A DNA stretch of 62,683 bases, filler included, from Choristocarpus tenellus KU-1152 (taxonomy: Eukaryota; Protista; Phaeophyceae): assembly GCA_964200185.2 (NCBI GenBank). It is 11 parts of 11 records of this genome, joined end to end, with 100 filler letters (N's around TTAATTAATTAA, not from the genome) between each part and the next. Parts side by side here need not be neighbours in the genome. Positions count along the whole stretch, not along the records: positions 13,182 to 16,568 come from CAXNAD020020378.1; positions 16,669 to 23,300 come from CAXNAD020007701.1; positions 23,401 to 26,660 come from CAXNAD020021202.1; positions 26,761 to 38,388 come from CAXNAD020002217.1; 7 more parts are not named here. One strand, 5' to 3'. Of the stretch, positions 13,477 through 27,035 are shown one piece after another. The position numbers and the translations under genes were made by a program. The notes beneath the pieces are model-generated. The model searched no databases, was not told the origin of the DNA, and saw nothing but the letters and a program-made list of their open reading frames with translations. The stretch's first letter is position 1, and the number at the start of each line of letters is the position of its first letter.

Positions 13477-14165
13477 GTAACAAATTATGTTAAAAAAAAA
13501 AAAAAGCACTGATGAAACTGCCTCGTAATCGCATCTCTACTTTTTTTGTTGCTCCGTATAAAAAAAATTATTTATTTTTTTCCCCCAGGTTTTCCTGATC
13601 GTCCAGATTTTTTTTTTTCTATTCCTCCTTCGACACACATCAATGTCATGGAGATTGTACCGATTTCCTCACTCCTTTTTTTCCTTTCTTTTTGGATTTT
13701 TGACAAGACAGTCATTTCTATTTTTGAAAGGTGCCCGCCAATGTTACCCTTGCTGATAGATTGTACATGTATGCCCTGGTGTTCATTTGCACAGTTTGTT
13801 TTGGCATGAGGGAGTGTTGACGTGGGACAGCAATCTATGGACCTGCTTCCTATAGTGTATGAGGTAGTCATTAAGCACTCTGTAGTGCATACTTCAACTC
13901 CAATCCTATCCTTAACACCTAAGTGAGGTAGAGTCAATTCCTCGGGTCTTCTCAAACTCATATTTTTCACAAACTTTCCCATTCATTATGATCATACTTA
14001 CTCACAATGAACACATTTCGCCTCATAGCAGTAGGTTCATCCCAATGCCATATATTGATGTACAATGGGGTTTTTTTTTCGATCAACCAACAAAAGTGAC
14101 CAAAAGCATACGAAAGGTACCCAACTTTTGGCCGTTTTTGCAGTTTAAGTCAGTTTTTCATTCTT

Positions 14166-14697
14166 TAGCAAAAGTGTCTTGGAGGGTACGAGTTTTGCCC
14201 TGTTTGTCCGTTTGGGGCTTGGCTTCCCACGATTTTTTTTGTGACACTTTCCTACTCCGAAATCGGAGTAAGTAAAATGTACACACATTATGAAAAGGTT
14301 TATCCGGAACAAGGATATTGAGTAAAAGTATCTTAGAGGGTACGAGTTTTGCCCTGTTTGTCCATTTGGGGCTTGGCTTCCCTCGGGGTTTTTATGACAT
14401 TTTCCTGCTTCAAAATGTTTCGGAGTAGGTAAAATTTATACGTTCTGAAAAGGTATGTCCAGAGCAAGGTTAATGACACTCCCTAACAAACACGATAGCC
14501 AAAATTTCTTCGAAATCACAACATAGTATTTTGACCCCCAAATTGACGCGGCTCTACCCTCTAAGATACTTTGGCTCTATTGACACTTCATAACAAAAAT
14601 GATAACCAAAAATTACATCAAAATCGGAACAAAAAGCAGTAAATGTTTGGCCCACAAACGGTCGCGTCTCTATACCCTCTAAAAGATAATTTGATTC
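14166..14697. mobile_element. Sola2-like MITE with a full copy (14320-14577) nested in the same orientation
   Basis: The inner 258-bp copy is flanked by a TATT/TATT TSD and splits the host sequence ggatatt|gacac. Confidence 0.9.
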
Positions 14698-14989
14698 GGA
14701 TGAAGTGGTAAGTTTGACTTGAGAGTGTTGACTTCTCTATTCTCTGAGACTTATCGACAGAAATATCCTATACATATTTGAAAAAAAAAAAACTTTGCAC
14801 GTGCTTGTCATCATCCTTATAGTACAACTGGGTAGGTAGGTACCTCTCATGTACTTTGAATCAGTCTTGGCTTCAACGCCCAAAGGGGGCTCTTTGTCGA
14901 GGCAACAGCATTTGTCGGCAATGATAGGTCGCTTACCTTTATCATCTGGCTAGAGCGAATATCCAAATGCACTGAGAAATATCATACTC

Positions 14990-15250
14990 AAGTCGAAGTA
15001 TCTTAGAGGGTAGAGTCGTGTCCATTCGGGGACCAAAATTCAAAGTTGCAATTTTGATGTTATTTTGGCTATCATGTTTGTTAGAAGATATGTCAATATC
15101 CTTGTTCTGGACACTCCTTCTCATAACTTACACATTTTGCCTACTCTGAAACATTTTGGAGTAGATAAAGTGTCGGTAAAAACCCATGAGAAGCCAATCC
15201 CCAAATGGACAAACAAGGCAAAACCCGTACCCTCTAAGATGATTTCCCTC
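14990..15250. mobile_element. Sola2-like MITE
   Basis: TIRs and ACTC/ACTC TSD. Confidence 0.85.
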
Positions 15251-15984
15251 ACTCCTCAGGGTTACCTACCATGTACATCCTTGCATGTGTGACTTTGAAA
15301 GGGTGTATTCTGCTTTGGGTTGGGGGTTGGGGTTAGGGTTGTGTCTATACATGCATGCCCAGTGATTAAAAGTGGCACCAAAGACAAAATGTTTGAGTTG
15401 TGGACGATGAGATCAAGAGATGTGCTGTGTTCCGTTGTTCATAGTCAGCTAATGAGCACATATTTTTCACCTTTTGTGCTCCAGAGTGCAGTATTAGTAC
15501 TATGCATTGAACTTCAATTTATGCTTTGAGTTCTAGTATCCTAGAGAGGGGGATGCATTTTTAAATACTTTGATCGTAAAGGGGCATACAAAATGTTATC
15601 CCTGACACCCCAGATTTTCCATAGATCAATTCTAGGTAACCCAAAACAGGAGTCTGCGAATGCCGAGAGTGTACCTACGTCAAGGAAATAGCTTTCTCTC
15701 AATAACATGACTCCACACATTAGATCCAATTCAGAAGGCAGTCGTAGATGCCCCTTATCAATATGAAACCCCTTAAGAATACTTTGACTCTAATTGTCCC
15801 CGAAATTTCTCTGACAGTGTTTCGTGTCCCCAAAATCCTTGGTGAGTGTGAGGATGATCTTCGACCATTGCAAGGCCATCTGTTGACTGATTTACCCATC
15901 TGAAGTAGTGAACAGGAAACCGATACTACATCAGCATTAGCATCTCTGCTAAGAAACCAGACGGACATAATAACCAAAAAATTA

Positions 15985-16568
15985 AAATTAACATTTAAGA
16001 GGGTAGGGTCGCGTCCGTTCAGGATCATAAATCCGATGTTGCAATTTTGATGAATTTTGCCTATTGTGTTTGTTAGCAAGTGTCAACATCCTTACTCCGG
16101 ATACATCTTTCATAGTTGTATACATTATAGGCAACAGTGCTCATTGAGAAAACCGAAAAAGAGCATACACTACCACCTGTGGGAAGCCAATCCTTGAATG
16201 GACAACAGGGCAAAAATCCTACCCTCTAAAATGCTCTGGGTCAAAGGGAAAACTCATCTCAATCACAGAGGACTGGAGAAGCATTATAGGTCTGGAGGTC
16301 TACCAATTTCTTCCGTAGTGCTGCATCACACGTGCACCATTATGTGTGTTTTCCAGGCCAGCAGATGAGAAAGGACCCCAATAAGTGGGCCAAAGTATGT
16401 TAGATGGTAGAGCCGCATCCATTTGGGGGCCAAAGTCCAATGTTGCGATTTTGATGTAGTTTTGGCTAGCGTGTTTGTTAGGAAGTGTCAATATCCATGT
16501 TCTGGACACACCTTTTCATAACGTATGCATTTTACCTACTCCGAAACATTTTGGAGTAGGAAAATGTC
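15985..16568. mobile_element. Two further MITE copies (decayed ~15985-16241; gap-truncated 16387-16568)
   Basis: Match the MITE internal consensus (gcgtccattt..., gtttgttaggaagtgtcaatatcc). Confidence 0.75.
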
Positions 16569-18722
16569 NNNNNNNNNNNNNNNNNNNNNNNNNNNNNNNN
16601 NNNNNNNNNNNNTTAATTAATTAANNNNNNNNNNNNNNNNNNNNNNNNNNNNNNNNNNNNNNNNNNNNGCCCGTTTCCTGGTTTTGACCAAATCGACCCC
16701 TTGGTGTAGAACCCCCCCCCCCCCCCCCCCCAGATACTTGGGTCTAATATCCACAAATATTACCGTTAAGTAGTTAAGAGGGAATTATAAACCAATGAAA
16801 GGATAACTGGTAAGAGCCCTTCCAGACATTATCAAGTCAAACAAGTCACCTTCCAGGGCAGTCATGGTCTCAATTGCATAGTTTTAGCAAAAACAAATGG
16901 TGGGAGTACGGGTAGAAGCAGAGGGATACGTGTTTATATAATAGTCGCAACTATCCATCATTCTACGTCTAGCGAAAATTCCATACACACATCCCCTGAG
17001 TCATCCGAATCTCGTGCCCTTTAGCTTCCAGACATTGCTACTACCATGTTGTTCTTTGTCCGAGTGTTTCAGTCCTGACCTTGGACAGACATCTGGGCCG
17101 AAGAATTGGGACCAATAAGTGGCCTTGATCAGTGGGGAGAGTTGACAACGCACCAACACCTTTCACAAATTGATGGTTTAAATACACCAATTTCGCTGTA
17201 TCATTTCAATTATCACCCTTGAGATATTTACACCTAAATTGGAAGGAGGAGGGACACGTTGATATATTATTATCAGTATTGATAATCTCAGGTGGTGTTT
17301 CCGCCTGCGTTCCGTCAGGGGAATGCCAACGTTCGAACCCTGGTCGAGAAAGATTCTGTTAGGAGGAATTTGATTTTGGTGGACGGCATGTCAAGTGTAT
17401 TGATGAGGTGCACCGATGTGTATCTTACTTCCTTCGTTCGGAACTAATGTAACATACTTTTTGCGAGATTCATTCCCGCCTGGGAACGGCCCACGTGATA
17501 AACTCTCTTGACGAGGCTTAGTTCTCACATAGATTGGGAGGTGTGTGAGGTTTGACATGGTGGGCTATCATGACTATGGCGGATCACCCGTGCGAAGTCG
17601 ACCAAGTCCCAATTTACGGGATTCAAAAACCTTGTGAAATGATCAAACCGAGTGCTCATTGGGATGCTAAAGATCCCTTTAGATAGTTAATTCTGTGGAT
17701 ATTGTTGATTGAAATGTGCACTCTGGGGTGTACTACGCATGCAATCATTGTGTGTTTAAGTATGTTCAGCATGCTGTGTCTTGTAGAGTCCCGTTCATAA
17801 CATGCATATGCAAGAAACAATACACCCCTCTCACCTTCTTAGCCTCGCAGCTGAGAAGAGAATATTCAGTAAAATAAGACCTTGCATTAACTCTGTGGTC
17901 CCAGACTTGTCAATACTGATTTCTCAATGTTTACTCTTGATGGAAAATTAAGACCTTACAAAAAAAACAAAGGGTGGATCAACTGAACTTTGTATGACAT
18001 ACGGAACGTTATACTTGCTCCCTGCCTTGAATAAGGGTTGCGTAACAGCTAGGAGAAATTCCTGGCAATTAAGACAACCTCTCCTCAGCAACGATGCTTG
18101 AAACTTTGATAACGACATAATGGTTCAGCAAGGTAGATCGTGCCCAAGCCAACAAGAAATCTCACCAGCTTCACTACCACACTTTTTTCATATCCCAGTA
18201 GTAACAATCGCAAGAAGAGGAATTCAATGATTTACAACCTGATCATGGCAATAACAAACTTGCACCAGGTGCTTCTTGGACAATGCTTAGTCCTGTGCCA
18301 AAAATCAACCAGATACCATTATCATGTCGAAGTCTATCTATATCCTGTGGACAATGATTCTGAATGCATCAAATGTACCTGTAGCCTGCAGCATATCCTC
18401 ACGACCATAATTGGGACTCGAAACTGCTCATGAATACTACACCCTATGACATACTTGTGTGATTTGACAACAACTGGACAATGCCAAGGATGCTATGTCA
18501 AGATGGCCCAACTCAACCTCTAGCTACATATTCTGGAAAGCTGCTGCATCAGTTAGAAGAGGATCTTTTCCTTCAACTCAAAGGCAAGACTAGAGTATGG
18601 TCAAAACGCAGTGCGTCACTACCATGTCATCGAAACCACCCTCTTTCGTTGCACAACACACATTATCTACACCACATAACGCCTGATTAGGTACACCAAC
18701 AGGAAACAGAAAAAGACGACGA

Positions 18723-21105
18723 CTACTGCTTGGAAGCATAATACTTGGCAATTTTACTGTTGCTAAGAACTCTCTCTCTGAGACCCTTCACTTGAGGGCA
18801 GGTATCAAGGATAGTGGTGGGAATTCCGTCAAGTATCCCAGTTGATGTCCAACGAGCATTCTCAAACAGGGCCAAGTCAGCAGCGCTGATCTGTATAATG
18901 GTATGGAACAGGCCCAAGAGAGGGTGCGAACAAGGCCAGGAGAGGGAGGGCACAAGAAGAACAAGTTAACGAGAAGATATGTCGCCTGGCAAGCGCTCAA
19001 GTACTTGTTATAAAGTACCCCTACTATGTTGAGTATAACCTTGTGTTATCCTTCTGTTGTATGTGGTGATACAAGTATATAACATAGTTTTCATCTATGT
19101 TTATCTTCGAGAAGGCACAATACAAAGTAGTAACGTGCAAAACAGTGTGACAAGTAGCGGGATGGTGGGTCAATGGGCACCCAGCGGGCAATTAATAATT
19201 CAGTGCATGCTTCACCACGCAACTCAACCAGGCTTTGGGTGACGAACCTTTACACACACTGAGCTATTCAACATACTAGTGACTAATTACTTTAACAATC
19301 TTACTCTATGCAATCTCTCGAGTATACTAAACAGCGCCTACATACTATGAAGCAACAACGGAAGTACTCTTCTTGTTTGTATGAACTATCACTTCATTCA
19401 GTGAAATCGAGCTCTTTGGGAGGGGTGTGGACATGATGCCTACTCTTGTCACTTCACTCACAGCCTTATAAAATTTCAATATCAAGTCACGGCCTTCAAT
19501 GAAGGGACAAATATTTTCAACACACAGCACATATTTGCCAAACTCAAGAAGAGGACACTGATAGAGCGGGAAGCCCGGGCAGGACAGGGAGGAAAACTAC
19601 TTTTCCTGGGGCAAACTCTACAACAAGAAGCTGTCTTCGTCTACCCTGTGGGATATCTGGAATATATTATCCCACGCATCACACCGAAGGACTAAGAAAA
19701 TGAGACAAACAATGACTATTTCCATGCCTCAACTCATTACCTGTACACAGAAGGCAATACTAATAAATATATTTCATAAAACCCTTCGAAATTCCATTGC
19801 AAGGAAGCTATTATTGGTAAATGTGTACAGTGGAAATTATATGTTGGGTTAGGTTTGTCGCACAAAATATCTATCGCCTCGAACAACAATAATTAGGTGT
19901 GTACAGCGAGGGGACTTCCAAGGGCAACTGACCGACGCTCCCACAGCCCAGCCATTGCTGCCGTTCTCCTCATACCGCTTCTCGAATCGTTCGAACATTT
20001 GCACAAGGGTCTTCGCCAATTCTACCCTCATGGCAGCCTGTAATAGGAATTGCAATCATGGGAGAACAGGAAGAACAACAATATTCAGGCGGACCGATCT
20101 ACAGCAAGAACAACTTATCACCACAGAGAGTGCATGGAGGACTTCACACAACACGATTGCCTTGATAGTGTGCTTGGTCAATAAGGGACTCGATATCCCC
20201 ACACCTTCTTTTCCGCATCAGGCTCCTTCACGGAGGGCACAATTGCGTTGTTCATATCCTGAAGAGCATCCAAGATCTGTGGAAAGGATGATTGTGTACG
20301 AAATTGTCAGGTAATTGTGGTGAGCGGATAGGTGACCACTGTTTACAATTGATGGGTTCTTCTCTTCAATATGTATGTACGCGGAAATGGCTCATCTCGA
20401 GACTGACCCACTCGAATTTTGTGAAGAAACGGCAACGGAGAACGGTGGCATTAACCACCCTATGCATGCGCATCTCAATTCGATCGTGACAACACTGATT
20501 CATAGACATCAGGACAGCAACTGCCCAAGGAATTACGCTGGGCGGCACAACTGTCCGCATTCCCCTGGAATATCCTATCCATTCCTAGTCAATATATGAA
20601 TATCTAAGCCCTATCCTGGTAGTACACACCTCGTCTACCATGGCAGCTTCTATGGGATCAGCTGGATAGAGCCCACCTTTGCGAGACACAAATCGCAAAA
20701 TTGCCATGGACTGCGAAATGGTGGTTGTCTTGCCATCAGTGCCAACGATATCGAGAGATGGGACCTGAAGATGGAGGAGGTGGACAAGGTAAAAAATTGT
20801 CCACAGAATGATGCTATATCTTCATGAAATGGGAGTGGGACTCTCATTCCATGCCGACAAACGCATGTAATCCATCATTCTGATTTCATGCTGTTGGCTA
20901 GGAGAACTCTTGATCTGAAAGGAGCCTACACATTTTCATTCGATCTCACCGTTCCCCATCGTAGATCTCCTGATTCCTTCATAGCCCCAAATTCCGCGAA
21001 CGATACCCTCTTATCCTCGAAGGGGATACCGGCGATAACGAAGGCCTGCCTAATTGGCTCAGCTCTGCCAGCGAAATCGAAGTAGGTGAGCTTGTAGGTG
21101 GCCAT
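18723..21105 (-). CDS. GST: Glutathione S-transferase, sigma-like, 5 exons, 211 aa
   Basis: Exons 21105-20950, 20764-20630, 20276-20205, 20037-19933, 18890-18723, all GT-AG and phase 0. Protein: MATYKLTYFDFAGRAEPIRQAFVIAGIPFEDKRV...VPSLDI..SQSMAILRFV..GLYPADPIEAAMVDEILD...GWAVGASISAADL...IAKYYASKQ*. Has the N-terminal Tyr, cis-Pro VP, QS and SxAD motifs. Confidence 0.93.
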
Positions 21106-21285
21106 TTTGTTCGATTTCCAAGTTGGACTTGTAGATTTTGAGCAGTAGATAGTAGTACCAATTAGATTGTCGAGTAGTGAGTGTGAGTTTATTGTTTGGG
21201 AGGGTATTCAAGAAACATCTAGAAGAAAGTATAATTCCTTAGCGGAAGGAAGGAGAAACGGGTTAGTAGAATTTAATAGTATCTA

Positions 21286-21520
21286 TTTTATTATTATGCC
21301 CTCTTATTACACTTTCCAGATGTTTCAGGGGGTATACAAATAAAAACTAAACAAATGGCAGCATAAGCCCTTAAGAAAAAAAATCATAAATGTGAAAAAC
21401 TCTAATCTATTTGTTACTTCACCACTCTCAATATTGTACTACTGCCTTCCTGTGCTTCCAATCTACCTACTCCTGCGCCCCGGGGGGAGGAGCTAGGGAG
21501 GCATCCCAAGAATCCAATAA
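21286..21520 (-). mobile_element. 3' end of CRE-like LINE
   Basis: Homologous to the 3' UTR at 21867-22100, with an ATAATAATAA tail. Confidence 0.7.
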
Positions 21521-21866
21521 ACCCCATATATATACACAAAAAAAAGAGGTAAGATAAAATGCGATATTGCCATCACTATATTTTGTTGTACGTATATTAA
21601 TAATAAGATATTTTTTCATTTTCAATAAAACTCATACAAACGAACAGAATTTGAATTCCCACTGGAAGATTTGACCAACAGATTTTTGGTGAAAGGTGTA
21701 ATGCGTTGTGTGGAGGGTTGGGGGTTCAAAACTTGTGTTACCATATAGTTTCTACGTTGAAGTATATATATATATATGTAGAAGTATATTTTGGTCGTAT
21801 CGTATTCTAATGTATTTAATAAATATGGCATTGTATGTATTTGTCTAGATCTTAGTGTAACAAATT

Positions 21867-23260
21867 TTATTATCATGCCCTCTAACATTTTGCAGATGTG
21901 TCAGGGGAAAAACGAATGAAATCTCTTCGTATGTCAGAAAAACCCTATAAAAGTAACACTTGTGATAAATGCGAAAACAATAATCTATTTCCTATTTTAC
22001 TACCAGCTATGCTGTATCATTGCCTTCCTGTGCCTCCAGCCTAGCTTATTCCTGCACCCCAGGGTGAGGAGCTAGGGAAGCATCCCAAGAATCTAACAAG
22101 CCCCTCCTTGCCCACTTGCCTGGTGTCTCCAGCTTAAAACGCATGAAACAACCAGACAGGGCCACCTGCGTTGTTACAGAGACTATTTGTCGTAGGCAGG
22201 ATTTGACTGCCCCTTTCATGCTGTAGCATCCAGTTCCTCTCCCCCCTACCGCATGTGTAGCTAGCTCACCCAGGAAACTTTCTGCTTGCTTACCGAGGCA
22301 CCCAAAACCTTTCACTGTGAAGGTGTTGAAGTTATCACTATGAGGATCAAAAGAGCCCGTGTAATGGGTGCGCTTTGGTGCCCCAGCTGCAGCAGGAGCT
22401 ACACCATTGCTGGTGGATGAGTGTGGCAGGCAAGATGCTGCCTGCACTTCAGCAAACGTGATATCCAGAAGGAGGTCTTTGTCTCTGTAGGGAGTTGATC
22501 CGGTGGCCGCGAGTGCATCAGCATGGAAGACCAGATCCATGTGTGAATTCCTGTCTCTACAGTAAATAGGTTACCGTCCTCCTTAGTGCAAGGGATACCC
22601 ATTCCTTTGCATAGTTGCCCCAGATGCTTCACCATTGGCGAACCTGTGCTCTTGCCCTAGGGCAGGTGTGGGCATGTCTGGTGGTGTCTATATTCTGTCT
22701 CCAGCAACCAGTCACCGGGCACCTGTTTGATAAGGTCTCCTCTCTCCCTAAAGATCCGCTCGCAGTGAGTTTGAACTCGACAGGGGGAATCTGGCATGCC
22801 GGCTCTGGGGGTTGTATTGAGGCCTATTCATTTGCCCCTTGTCCCACATTGGCTCTGATGGCGTGCCAGGGCTAGCAAGGAACTTTCCTTCCCTTGTTCC
22901 ACTTCATTAGGTAAGACAGCCAGTTGTGTCCGGAAAGAGTCGAAGTGGATCAAGTTTAGGAGGCGGGGAATCTCATGTTGTGCCCTCCTTGTAATCCTGG
23001 CATCGTGAGCTGCCAGAGTGTGGACCTCTGGGGCAGGTTACCCAGCCTTGGCCAAAGATTTCCGCTAGTTCTTCTGAGGGGACTCCTGTAGAGAGGAGGG
23101 TGTGGATGGACGATCCCAGGGCCCGTAATGTGGGGCTCGCTGAAATGACTTGTGAAAAGGACTCGCCATGAGGCCCTTGCTGCCTTGCTAGGAGGGTGGG
23201 GAGAGTGGCCACTAGTGATCTTACGAAGGCTGCATATTGGCGGTGCTTCATAGAGGAGAG
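21867..23260 (-). mobile_element. 5'-truncated, decayed CRE-like non-LTR retrotransposon (zinc knuckle + restriction-like endonuclease)
   Basis: CP..C...RHAHTC knuckle, then MDLV..LLDITFAE..AAAGAPKRTHY..F.VKGFGCLGKQAESFLGELA..IVSVTTQ, typical of the RLE domain; contains frameshifts. Confidence 0.8.
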
Positions 23261-25791
23261 GGCTCAAAGTATTTGGGAGGGGGTGGATGCTGTCCATTTG
23301 NNNNNNNNNNNNNNNNNNNNNNNNNNNNNNNNNNNNNNNNNNNNTTAATTAATTAANNNNNNNNNNNNNNNNNNNNNNNNNNNNNNNNNNNNNNNNNNNN
23401 ATGGGGTTGACACTGCCTGTGTGTCCTTATGGCCTCTTCCCTCCCCCCCTCCCACCTCCCACGCACCCCACCCACACTTACTCCAGGCCTTTAAGTATGA
23501 GTATCGTGCGAAAGGTATGAAAAGGGACTCGCTAAACGTAGGCTCGATAGCCAGAAGACTTGGTCGTGTGGTCCAAGTGATGTACGACATCTGAGCTGCG
23601 GACGTGGAGTGATCAGGTAAATAAAGCCCTTCAAGTTTTCGCCATTTGTTTTTTTATCATTCCTATTACCATTGTTTGGTGCTTCTATCGCTTTAGTCAA
23701 AGCTTTCTTTCACTTTGAGTATTAAGAGACAGTCTTTCCCTCAGTACCCCCAACTGACTCAACTAATGCCTTCGTATTTACCCTTTCCTTATCACTGCTC
23801 TCTATGAATACCTGTATGGTCATGTCAGGGCCATAACCGCACTCATGATAAAGAGGTCACCTGTGCCAACCCTCAGTCAACACGACCGAGCACTTGAGTA
23901 GAGGTTGGATGAGCTCAGACCTGTGTTGCGTAAAAGTGTTCCACACTGGACTCGCGGTTAAGATGATCGATTGCATGCCTTGGCAGAGGACATCACGTGG
24001 CTTGGCGTGGACATATACTACTAGTATCGCAGGGGGCTTGTCGTCTCCAATTCCATTGACTGAACGCATCGGGTTCACAATGTTTCGCGCCATTATTATT
24101 ACTATTCCTGTAGTGCGGGATTTGCAACCCTCCACACTAACTATGAATCACTTATGTATCTTCAGCACAACGAGCATATCTAGAGCAGAGCACCAATCAC
24201 TGGACACCAATAACAATACACCGGTACATCCATCGCTGGCTCTCCACCCTGTTATCTTCTCCACCAGTGGTGTCTATATTGTATCGGCAGCACTATCCAT
24301 GAATGTGTTGGGTAAGGGTAAATCACTGCATCCTGCCACTGTTAAGCACATTGGGTTAGCCACCGTTGCAAACCTTTCTTGTCACGAGTAAGCATGCCAT
24401 GCCCTCTCATGCTAAGAGGGGAGATTGCGGTGTAGACTGAAGCGTTCGTTGAGAGGTACCTGGTCGTATAGAACGAGGTAGAACAAAGATCATGTTCTTG
24501 TGGCCTATCCTTTGCATGAGGTACATGCAGGGTGTATACCGACATCAATTCGTAGGTACAGTTCTTTTGCCATAGCTGTTGTAACCTTTTAGGAAGACTG
24601 TAAGTGCGACAGTGCTATAGATAGATCGTCGTCCTAATGACAGCAATATCTTTCCCTTCGACCCTTCTCTCTCGAAACACAGTGTTGTTCACCTACGTGC
24701 CAGAGCTACAACAAGACCTCTGCCACAGACCACGCCTGGGAAAATTGGAGCCGGATGTCAAAGACACCGAGCCAAAGTTGAGGGAGATGTACCATCTTTC
24801 ACCACCCGCAGGTACTGACGAAAATACGGCAGGTAAATGTGGCCCCCCGCTTAGGTCAATCCCGAACGCCATACGTTTTCAAGAGGTCAGATATGATTCG
24901 GAGCAGTATTCCCTCTCTCTTCTCGCATGCCGGCTTGAGATGGAACGAGGTGTACTGTGCCTTAGAAACTCTCTTCGTTTCAATAGCAGTTGTATAGGAC
25001 ATGACAATTACTGCATGAAGAAGGCAAGCGGTTTGGGGTTATACATTTCTCTTCTGCACATCAATGAATGCTTCTCTTTCAAGGAGTATAGGCACCCTAA
25101 TCAGATGTATCAACGCCAGCGTCATAGTCGTGGAGGAACCCACCCTGACCATCTCAGAGCACCTAGGAACACTCGTGGCCAATTTTGCAGCTCTAGAGAT
25201 GTTTGTGGTCGTTGGTAGCTGGCTGTGTTGTTGTCCTCTACACCTTCTCTTCTCTGAGGATTCCAGAGTTGAAGAAAAAAATCCGAACAATTGGTCCGAA
25301 GAAAATCGGTTTCGATTAAAGTACTAATTAATTGAGAGCGGACAGATTGCATCAGTAACGGTTCGCAACACAAATCAATGCTGTGAGAAAATGAAACGTT
25401 CCATCCCCATCCAGAGTGGTGGTGATGCTTGTGCGTAAGAAATAGCATGCTCAATAGCAGCACGATAGTAAACACTCGGCTGTAGCCCTAGTAGAGCATA
25501 CAACGACGATGACATGAGGTGTGATGAGGATCCTGATCTAAGGTAATATCGACCTAAGAAAAACATGTATGGCATCCAAGAAAGCAATATAGTTAGTGGT
25601 GGTGACAAAGGGTAAAGAAATCTCGATGAAATATGTACCCCTAAAAGAGGTGTTCGGATGGTTTGATTATTTAGTATTATCACATAAGAAAGGAAGTCGA
25701 CCCCGAGTCCTTGATGTAGTAGGTTATGATGGTGGTGTGGGTGTGGATAGACTTGAACAACGGCGGTTGAAGTACGTATGTGTTGTGATGT

Positions 25792-25865
25792 GCTCTGGTG
25801 GTTTAGTTGGTTATAACGTGTGCCTTACACGCACAAGGTCCCGGGTTCGAGCCCCGGCTAGATTA
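25792..25865 (+). tRNA. trnV-TAC: tRNA-Val(TAC), possibly a pseudogene or SINE head
   Basis: Anticodon arm TGTGC-CTTACAC-GCACA, T arm CCGGG-TTCGAGC-CCCGG, A box, downstream TTTT. The acceptor stem GCTCTGG/CTAGATT has one mismatch and two G-U pairs. Confidence 0.7.
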
Positions 25866-26122
25866 TAGGTTTTCGGAACAAAAATAAACGGTCGACCACG
25901 AATCCCTGATGCAGTTTTCAGTCATGTTGATGATGACAAAGGGTAATGAAATCTCAATGAAACGTGTGTATGCATAAAAGAAAATCATCCGGTTGTTTAA
26001 TTGGCTATCATCATGACATCAAAAAACAAATCAACTACGAATCCTTGGCGTAGATATATATCATGGTGGTGACAAGATGTCATCAAATCTCTTCCAAAAA
26101 ACGCACATGCATTGTGGAAAGT

Positions 26123-26196
26123 GCTTTGGTGGTTCAGTTGACTATAATGTGCGCCTCGCACACACAAAGTCCAGGGCTCAAGCCTTGGCCAACGAC
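26123..26196 (+). pseudogene. Degenerate tRNA-Val copy
   Basis: Colinear with 25792-25865 but with broken stems. Confidence 0.65.
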
Positions 26197-26232
26197 AAAA
26201 TTCATTGAGGAAATGAGCCTTCCATTTGATGT

Positions 26233-26620
26233 ATATTATTATGCCCTCCGTCATTCTCCAGGTGTGTCAGGGGAAAAAACAAAGATAACCATTCAAATGT
26301 CGGAATAACCCCTAAGAAAGTAATATTGGTCGCAAATGTGAAAGACATTAGTCTATTTACCATTCTGCTATCAGCTATGCTACACCGCTGCCTTCCTATC
26401 CCTCCAACCTAACTTAGTTCTTGCACCCCAGGGTGAGGAACCCCAAGAATCTAACAAGCCCCTCCTTCAATGCCCACCCCCCTGGTGTCTCCAGCTTCAG
26501 ACACGTGACACGTCTAGATAGGGCTCTTGTGTTGTGACAGAGACTATCTGTCGTAGGCGGGACTTGACAGTCCCTTTCCTGGTGTAGCCTCCTGTCCTTC
26601 TCCCCCCTTCCATCACCCCC
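26233..26620 (-). mobile_element. 3' fragment of CRE-like LINE
   Basis: Homologous to 21867-22250. Confidence 0.75.
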
Positions 26621-26760
26621 TTCCATCCGCGTCCCAAGTGAGGGAGGTACCTACCTGTACNNNNNNNNNNNNNNNNNNNNNNNNNNNNNNNNNNNNNNNN
26701 NNNNTTAATTAATTAANNNNNNNNNNNNNNNNNNNNNNNNNNNNNNNNNNNNNNNNNNNN

Positions 26761-27035
26761 CCTTCCTGCAGAGTATCTTGACGATTAGCAACACCAGCAC
26801 ATGCTTTGACACCATAGTCGAAGCCTGGATGAGGGGTGCAACCAACCAGGCGGTGAACATCGACACACTTCCCATGTACAGGAATAGGGCGCACAAGTCC
26901 ACCCTTATCCACTGAGTGGCTAATACTAGCATTATCCAGCGTAACTCGCGGGACAGGTGAACGAAGCGCAGCATACTCATTGCTCTGGATGCGGAATATG
27001 GCTCCTGTGCGAACAGGGTCTCTATCCAATGCCAT
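26761..27035 (-). CDS. Probable first exon of an unidentified gene, divergent from MED8 and cut by a gap
   Basis: GC-richer open frame MALDRDPVRTGAIFRIQSNEY...PGFDYGVKAC... running into the gap. Confidence 0.45.

Noticed and set aside
23700-25560. ORFs of 165 and 193 aa
   Set aside because: No recognisable motifs or splice-consistent model; probably decayed repeat DNA.
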